In this document: positions 62,016 through 64,000 of the stretch, one piece after another | Numbering within the stretch: position 1 is the stretch's first letter | Layout: every line of letters starts with the position of its first letter | DNA from: an uncultured Microthrixaceae bacterium | GTDB lineage: Bacteria > Actinomycetota > Acidimicrobiia > Acidimicrobiales > VFJN01 | Assembly (NCBI GenBank): GCA_963806205.1 | Contig: CAWDXF010000004.1 | Coordinates: forward strand, 121,521-185,520 | Length of the DNA stretch: 64,000 nucleotides | Direction: 5' to 3' | Notes under the pieces: model-generated | Told to the model about the DNA's origin: nothing | The model's database searches: none | Seen by the model: the letters and a program-made list of their open reading frames with translations, nothing else | Made by a program: the position numbers and the translations under genes

Positions 62016-62684
62016 GTGCACGGCGACCTCGTCGTCGTCGACGACGTCCCGGGCGAGTTCGCCGAGCGGGTGATCGAGGCGTTCCACGGTCGGCCCAACG
62101 ACGGCTTCTCCATCGCCGTGTCCGGGGGCGAGACGGCGCGGGCCTGCTACGAGCGGCTGGCCGACGACGCGGGCACCCAGATCGATTGGTGGAAGGTCGA
62201 CGTCTACTGGGGCGACGAGCGCTGCGTCTCCCACGACGACACCGCCTCCAACTACCACCTCGTCCGCGAGGCGCTGTTCGAGCGGGTCGGCGCGGTCAAT
62301 GCCAACTACCCGATGTTCTGCGACGAAGGGGCCGACCCCTACCAGCTCCGCCTGGGCGAGCTGGGCCGCCTCGACGTGGTCCACCTCGGCATGGGCGAGG
62401 ACGGGCACGTCGCCTCCCTCTTCCCCGGCTCGGACGCGCTCGAGGCCGACCCGGGGCGCCTCGTGGTCATGACGGAGGACCCCAGCGGGCACAACCCGTA
62501 CCGTCGCATGACCCTCACGCTCACGGGGATCGCGCGGGCGCGTCTGGCGGTGGTCACGGTGTGCGGCGCCAAGAAGCGAGACGCGCTGGCCCGCGTGCAG
62601 GCAGGGGACCCGACCTGCCCGGGCAGCCACGTGCAGGCCGACCAGGTCGTCTGGATCGCCGACCCGGCCGCGGCCGGGGAATGA
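62016..62684 (+). CDS. pgl: 6-phosphogluconolactonase
   Basis: Intact 222 aa. Motifs: IAVSGGETA, DVYWGDERCV, HLGMGEDGHVASLFPG. Confidence 0.85.
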   Translation: MHGDLVVVDDVPGEFAERVIEAFHGRPNDGFSIAVSGGETARACYERLADDAGTQIDWWKVDVYWGDERCVSHDDTASNYHLVREALFERVGAVNANYPMFCDEGADPYQLRLGELGRLDVVHLGMGEDGHVASLFPGSDALEADPGRLVVMTEDPSGHNPYRRMTLTLTGIARARLAVVTVCGAKKRDALARVQAGDPTCPGSHVQADQVVWIADPAAAGE

Positions 62685-62694
62685 GTCGCAGAGC

Positions 62695-63594
62695 TCACCA
62701 GGTACGTCGATAGGTGCGGTGCACGGTCTCCGGCGGCGCCGCGCGGTCCGGTGACCACGGCGCCACGACCCAGGCGTAGCCGGCCCGCCCGGCCGCCGCG
62801 CGCAGCGCGGGCACGGCGAGCTCGGGGGCGGCCCCGCAGCGCACGACCGTGCAGCCCTCCCAGTCGCCCTCCCGGGCGCGGCGCGCCACCCGCCACGCCG
62901 CCCGGAGCCCGCTCGTGCGCAGCGTGCCGGAGAGGTCGGGCACCGCGGCGATGCCGTCGAGCACCAGCCGCGGATCCGCGTAGGCCCCCGCCTGCCCGGG
63001 CGTCGCTCCCCCGGCCACGCGCTCCGGGCCGACCTCGGTCGTGGGCAGCCGCCACGTGGCGTGCTCGTCGACCACCTCGAAGCCCATGTCCTCCTCGAGG
63101 AGGCGCGCCTCCCAGGCCGGCCGCCAGGGCCGTCCCGTGGTGCCGCCGGCGTCGAAGCCCGCGACGAGCGCACCGGGCTCGTCGTCGGGATCGAACGACC
63201 ACGGCCCGGTCATCGACCGGCACCCGGCCTCTGCCAGCCAGGTCTGCGCCGCGTCGACCAGCGCGGCGGCGACCGCCCGGCTGTCGACCGTCGACCAGAA
63301 GCCGAAGCGACCGGCCGCGCCGGGTTCGGGGAGGTGGGCGGCGATGCGCCCCGCCGGTCGGCCGCCGCGCCAGGCGAGGAACAGGGCGGCGTCGCCACGG
63401 TCGAAGTAGGGGTTCCGTCGATGGTCGAGCCGGTAGCGCTCCCACGCGAGCACCGGCGGGGCGAAGTGGGGATCCGCCCCGTGGAGGGCCTGCGGGAGCT
63501 CCACGAACCGCGTCAGCGCCTTGCCGCGCGCCACCTCGTCGACGGTGACGATGCGCCGTGCCTCGACGGCCGGGTCGTGGTCCGGATCGGCCAT
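62695..63594 (-). CDS. hypothetical protein, possibly a GNAT-like acyltransferase
   Basis: Intact 299 aa with the N-terminal pattern FVELPQALHGADPHFAPPVLAWERYRLDHRRNPYFDRGDAALFLAWRGGRPAGRIAAHL. I associate this pattern with an uncharacterised N-acyltransferase-like family. The assignment is weak. Confidence 0.45.
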   Translation of the reverse strand: MADPDHDPAVEARRIVTVDEVARGKALTRFVELPQALHGADPHFAPPVLAWERYRLDHRRNPYFDRGDAALFLAWRGGRPAGRIAAHLPEPGAAGRFGFWSTVDSRAVAAALVDAAQTWLAEAGCRSMTGPWSFDPDDEPGALVAGFDAGGTTGRPWRPAWEARLLEEDMGFEVVDEHATWRLPTTEVGPERVAGGATPGQAGAYADPRLVLDGIAAVPDLSGTLRTSGLRAAWRVARRAREGDWEGCTVVRCGAAPELAVPALRAAAGRAGYAWVVAPWSPDRAAPPETVHRTYRRTW

Positions 63595-63624
63595 TGCGGC
63601 GTCACGCTATTGGGCGCCCGCGGA

Positions 63625-63630
63625 TAGGGT
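63625..63630 (+). promoter_or_regulatory. -10-like hexamer TAGGGT, 6 nt upstream of the FO-synthase ATG (leaderless candidate)
   Basis: TAGGGT gcccgc ATG(63637). Confidence 0.45.
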
Positions 63631-63636
63631 GCCCGC

Positions 63637-64000
63637 ATGCTCGACCCGGGGGCGTTCGTCGACGTCCCGCTCGACGCCCTGCTGGCCCGGGCCCGGGCCG
63701 TGCGCGACGAGGCACACGGCCGGCGCGTCACCTTCTCCCCGAAGGTGTTCATCCCGCTCACGATGCTGTGCCGGGACCGCTGCGGGTACTGCACCTTCGC
63801 CCAGCCGCCGGCGCGGCTCGAGTCCCCCTACCTCACGCCGGACGACGTGCTGCGGATCGCGCAAGCGGGCGCGGCGGTGGGGTGCCACGAGGCGCTCTTC
63901 ACCCTCGGGGAGGCCCCGGAGGAGCGCTACCCGGTGGCCGGGGAGTGGCTGGCGACCCATGGGTACGCATCGACGGTCGACTACCTCGTCGCCATGTGCC
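63637..64000 (+). CDS. fbiC: FO (7,8-didemethyl-8-hydroxy-5-deazariboflavin) synthase, CofG-type radical-SAM N-terminus; 3'-truncated by the window edge
   Basis: MLDPGAFVDVP..VTFSPKVFIPLTMLCRDRCGYCTFAQPP (CxxxCxxC)..HEALFTLGEAPE. This ORF is not in the track because it has no stop in the window. Whether it is fused FbiC or stand-alone CofG cannot be seen. Confidence 0.75.
   Translation, partial: MLDPGAFVDVPLDALLARARAVRDEAHGRRVTFSPKVFIPLTMLCRDRCGYCTFAQPPARLESPYLTPDDVLRIAQAGAAVGCHEALFTLGEAPEERYPVAGEWLATHGYASTVDYLVAMC

Overview
High-GC (roughly 70% by eye) chromosomal segment with an Actinomycetota gene repertoire. It is gene-dense: about 65 protein genes. I recognised no rRNA, tRNA, CRISPR array or transposase. 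Contents, left to right: (a) 1-9.9 kb holds mixed metabolic and housekeeping genes, including a family III CoA-transferase, an alpha/beta hydrolase, a beta-lactamase-family hydrolase, a crotonase, a NUDIX+GNAT pair and a Usp. (b) 9.9-13.3 kb is one ~1130-codon zinc-ribbon / class III cyclase / STAND-ATPase / TPR protein. (c) 13.9-23.8 kb is an 11-gene Mce transporter operon (mkl, 2 yrbE, 6 mce, 1 mas) joined by 4-nt start/stop overlaps. (d) 23.9-29.3 kb holds a long ThyX-like protein, an M20 hydrolase, a Zn-ADH and a single-chain ECF sigma/anti-sigma. (e) 29.9-48.6 kb is a complete Pup-proteasome neighbourhood: helY, tatC, tatA, lepB, pafC, pafB, pafA, prcA, prcB, pup, dop, mpa. Three non-canonical inserts sit in it: an EndoVII-type HNH gene between pup and prcB, a MacB-type ABC exporter between prcA and pafA, and a DUF3866-like gene between pafA and pafB. 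(f) 48.7-54.2 kb holds a ferredoxin, an MgtE-like transporter and a tightly coupled minus-strand string (small membrane proteins, ThiS-like, TtuA-like, TrmI, MarP-like). (g) 54.2-64 kb holds a Lon-N protein, a split NDP-forming acyl-CoA synthetase, a GH84 enzyme, tetR, tkt-tal-pgl, a GNAT-like gene and the 5' end of an FO synthase gene. Main caveat: at least 28 genes can only be read by switching reading frame, often many times, while the flanking peptide stays well conserved. This looks like single-base indels (assembly or homopolymer error, or very recent decay). All ends of the 'pseudogene' calls are manual reconstructions. Several giant ORFs in the track, such as 40404-44327, are read-through artefacts.
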